Below are positions 62,906-64,000 of a DNA stretch of 64,000 nt, piece by piece; the stretch's first letter is position 1, and each line of letters begins with the position of its first letter. The notes beneath the pieces were generated by a model. It saw only the letters and a program-made list of their open reading frames with translations. It did no database searches and was not told the origin of the DNA. The stretch comes from Alphaproteobacteria bacterium (lineage in GTDB: Bacteria > Pseudomonadota > Alphaproteobacteria > MPNO01), in the NCBI GenBank assembly GCA_964291675.2, contig OZ219866.1, forward strand, positions 3,149,909 to 3,213,908, read 5' to 3'. Made by a program: the position numbers and the translations under genes.

Positions 62906-63067
62906 ATCGAGTCCGGCCATGACCGGGCGGCGACGTTCCGGGCATTCATGGGCGCCGCCTTTCCCCACCGGCCGCCTGGCGGGCGGAGAGGGTCGGGCCG
63001 TGTTTCCCGGCTGAAGCCGCGCGCCGCATCGACGATCGCGGCGAGAAGGCCGAAGCCTGCGAGCTCC

Positions 63068-63096
63068 TCGACAGCCCGCCGGATCGCGGCTAGGCT
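63068..63096 (+). promoter_or_regulatory. sigma70-type promoter TCGACA - 17 nt - TAGGCT; the ATG is 6 nt downstream (leaderless candidate)
   Basis: TAGGCT lies at 63091-63096, followed by CGCGCC and then ATG 63103. The whole block is duplicated at 63922-63950. Confidence 0.5.
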
Positions 63097-63102
63097 CGCG
63101 CC

Positions 63103-63375
63103 ATGTCCGCCGAGCTGATCGCCATAATCGCCGTCGGGGTCGCCTTGGGATCGCTCACGGCGGGTCTGATTCTGCGGATCGACCGGCGGATGGACCGGCT
63201 CGAAACCCGGATGGACCGGCTCGAAACCCGGCTCGAAACCCGGATCGACGGCTATATCGCCGAGGCCGGCAACGACCGCCGCGCGTTCCAGGCCGCGATG
63301 GACGACTTCCGCCGGGAGATGCAGCGCCTCGCCGAGCGCCAGTCCCACGTCGAAGGCCTGCGCGCCGCCGAGTAA
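63103..63375 (+). CDS. small single-pass membrane protein with a coiled-coil tail (hypothetical)
   Basis: 90 aa. The N-terminal TM is MSAELIAIIAVGVALGSLTAGLILRI, followed by RMDRLETRMDRLETRLETR.. heptad-like repeats. Confidence 0.6.
   Translation: MSAELIAIIAVGVALGSLTAGLILRIDRRMDRLETRMDRLETRLETRIDGYIAEAGNDRRAFQAAMDDFRREMQRLAERQSHVEGLRAAE
63187..63240 (+). repeat. in-frame tandem repeat: 2 x 21 bp (CGGATGGACCGGCTCGAAACC) plus a 12-bp partial unit
   Basis: Units at 63187-63207 and 63208-63228 are identical, with a partial unit at 63229-63240. Together they encode RMDRLET RMDRLET RLET. Confidence 0.9.
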
Positions 63376-63558
63376 GCGGCCGCCTCCTCGCCGCCGTCCC
63401 TGCGGCGGCTTCCCTCGCCGTCGCCGATGCGCTCGAACCCCTCAGGGTCCGCCACGCCGACCTGCCCGCGACCTCGCAACCGATGTGGCGCGCGATCCGC
63501 GACGCGGCGGTGGGGCAAAGCGTCCTTCGACACGCCCCGGATCGGGTCCGGGGGTGTT

Positions 63559-63790
63559 CCACTGCTGTCCGGTCTGGATTTTCGACGCGGGCCGCACCCG
63601 GCTCTCCTTGCTCCTCCACCGCCACCACCCCGTCATGGCCGGACTTGATCCGGCCATCCATGCGGCATCCGCGCGCACGGCGATCCGGCTGGAAGGATGC
63701 CGATGGGGCGGGCCGCACCCGGCTCGCCATGCACAGCCCATGGATGCCCGGATCACCCCCGGACTTGATCCGGGGGCCGGGCATGACGAC
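63559..63790. repeat. mosaic repeat cluster (partial element plus hairpin modules)
   Basis: It starts with CCACTGCTGTCCGGTCTGG. Positions 63590-63667 match 20811-20890 (..CTCCTCCACCGCCACC..GTCATGGCCGGACTTGATCCGGCC..). A second hairpin CCCCGGACTTGATCCGGGG lies at about 63757-63777. Confidence 0.75.
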
Positions 63791-63921
63791 ATGAGGGCAG
63801 GTAGGACGTCGACCATGACCGGCGGCGGTCCCCTCGTCGATCCGCGCCATCCGACAGCTCGTCAAGTAATCTGGATAAGCCCCTATCGAAGAACGGCCCC
63901 GGTGCGGAGCCTGCGAGCTCC

Positions 63922-63950
63922 TCGACAGCCCGCCGGATCGCGGCTAGGCT
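63922..63950 (+). promoter_or_regulatory. duplicate of the 63068-63096 promoter
   Basis: It is identical in sequence, at an 854-bp offset. Confidence 0.45.
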
Positions 63951-63956
63951 CGCGCC

Positions 63957-64000
63957 ATGTCGGCAGAGCTGATCGCCATAATCGCCGTCGGGGTCGCCCT
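63957..64000 (+). CDS. second copy of the small membrane protein gene (5' end only, runs off window)
   Basis: It encodes MSAELIAIIAVGVAL.. identically to 63103. All three nucleotide differences in the overlap are synonymous. Confidence 0.55.
   Translation, partial: MSAELIAIIAVGVA

Overview
This is a high-GC chromosomal segment (roughly 65-70% GC by eye; I could not compute it). Gene content and order look alphaproteobacterial: an spc-type ribosomal cluster followed by secY-adk, metXW, chorismate mutase-hisC-tyrC, and a divergent gloB/methyltransferase pair.

Layout:
- 1-6741: 3' half of the ribosomal protein cluster (L16 end, L29, S17, L14, L24, L5, S14, S8, L6, L18, S5, L30, L15), then secY and adk.
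- 6.7-8.9 kb: a bicupin plus a DapA-family aldolase with their own promoter.
- 8.9-10.4 kb: a low-GC islet bounded by 52-bp direct repeats, inserted at the 3' end of an anti-sigma::vWA gene that is coupled to an ECF sigma factor.
- 13.8-20.6 kb: a six-gene minus-strand operon (EmrAB-type efflux pump, unknown protein, SDR, DhbE/EntE-like aryl-acid adenylase, amidohydrolase-2).
- 21-31 kb: an accessory oxidative block (two TauD/TfdA paralogs, PhyH, a split TRAP transporter, Gfo/Idh/MocA, a cupin, and an orphan molybdenum-hydroxylase large subunit).
- 31-41.8 kb: housekeeping genes (GT25, gloB, methyltransferase, metW, metX, chorismate mutase, hisC, tyrC, two DMT transporters, ChaC).
- 42-43.2 kb: a lower-GC HTH/PIN toxin-antitoxin pair.
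- 45.6-48.9 kb: an M48 peptidase plus two tandem DUF898 (YjgN-like) membrane proteins.
- 48.9-62.6 kb: TTT transporter, hydroxycinnamoyl-CoA hydratase-lyase, acyl-CoA dehydrogenase and ADP-forming acyl-CoA synthetase, then an FAD oxidoreductase, a TRAP transporter and an LLM oxidoreductase.
- 62.6-64 kb: repeat clusters and a tandemly duplicated small membrane/coiled-coil gene.

I found no rRNA, tRNA, CRISPR, integrase or transposase. Two dispersed repeat families (a 108-bp nested hairpin and a mosaic TIR-bounded element) fill several intergenic regions. A TAGGCT -10 hexamer recurs, and two genes begin exactly 6 nt downstream of it, which suggests leaderless mRNAs.

The candidates I rank highest for uncharacterised biology are:
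- the repeat-bounded islet with its internally duplicated membrane protein;
- the efflux/adenylase operon;
- the M48/DUF898 module;
- the duplicated small gene at the window end.

All family assignments come from motif recognition by eye. No searches were run.
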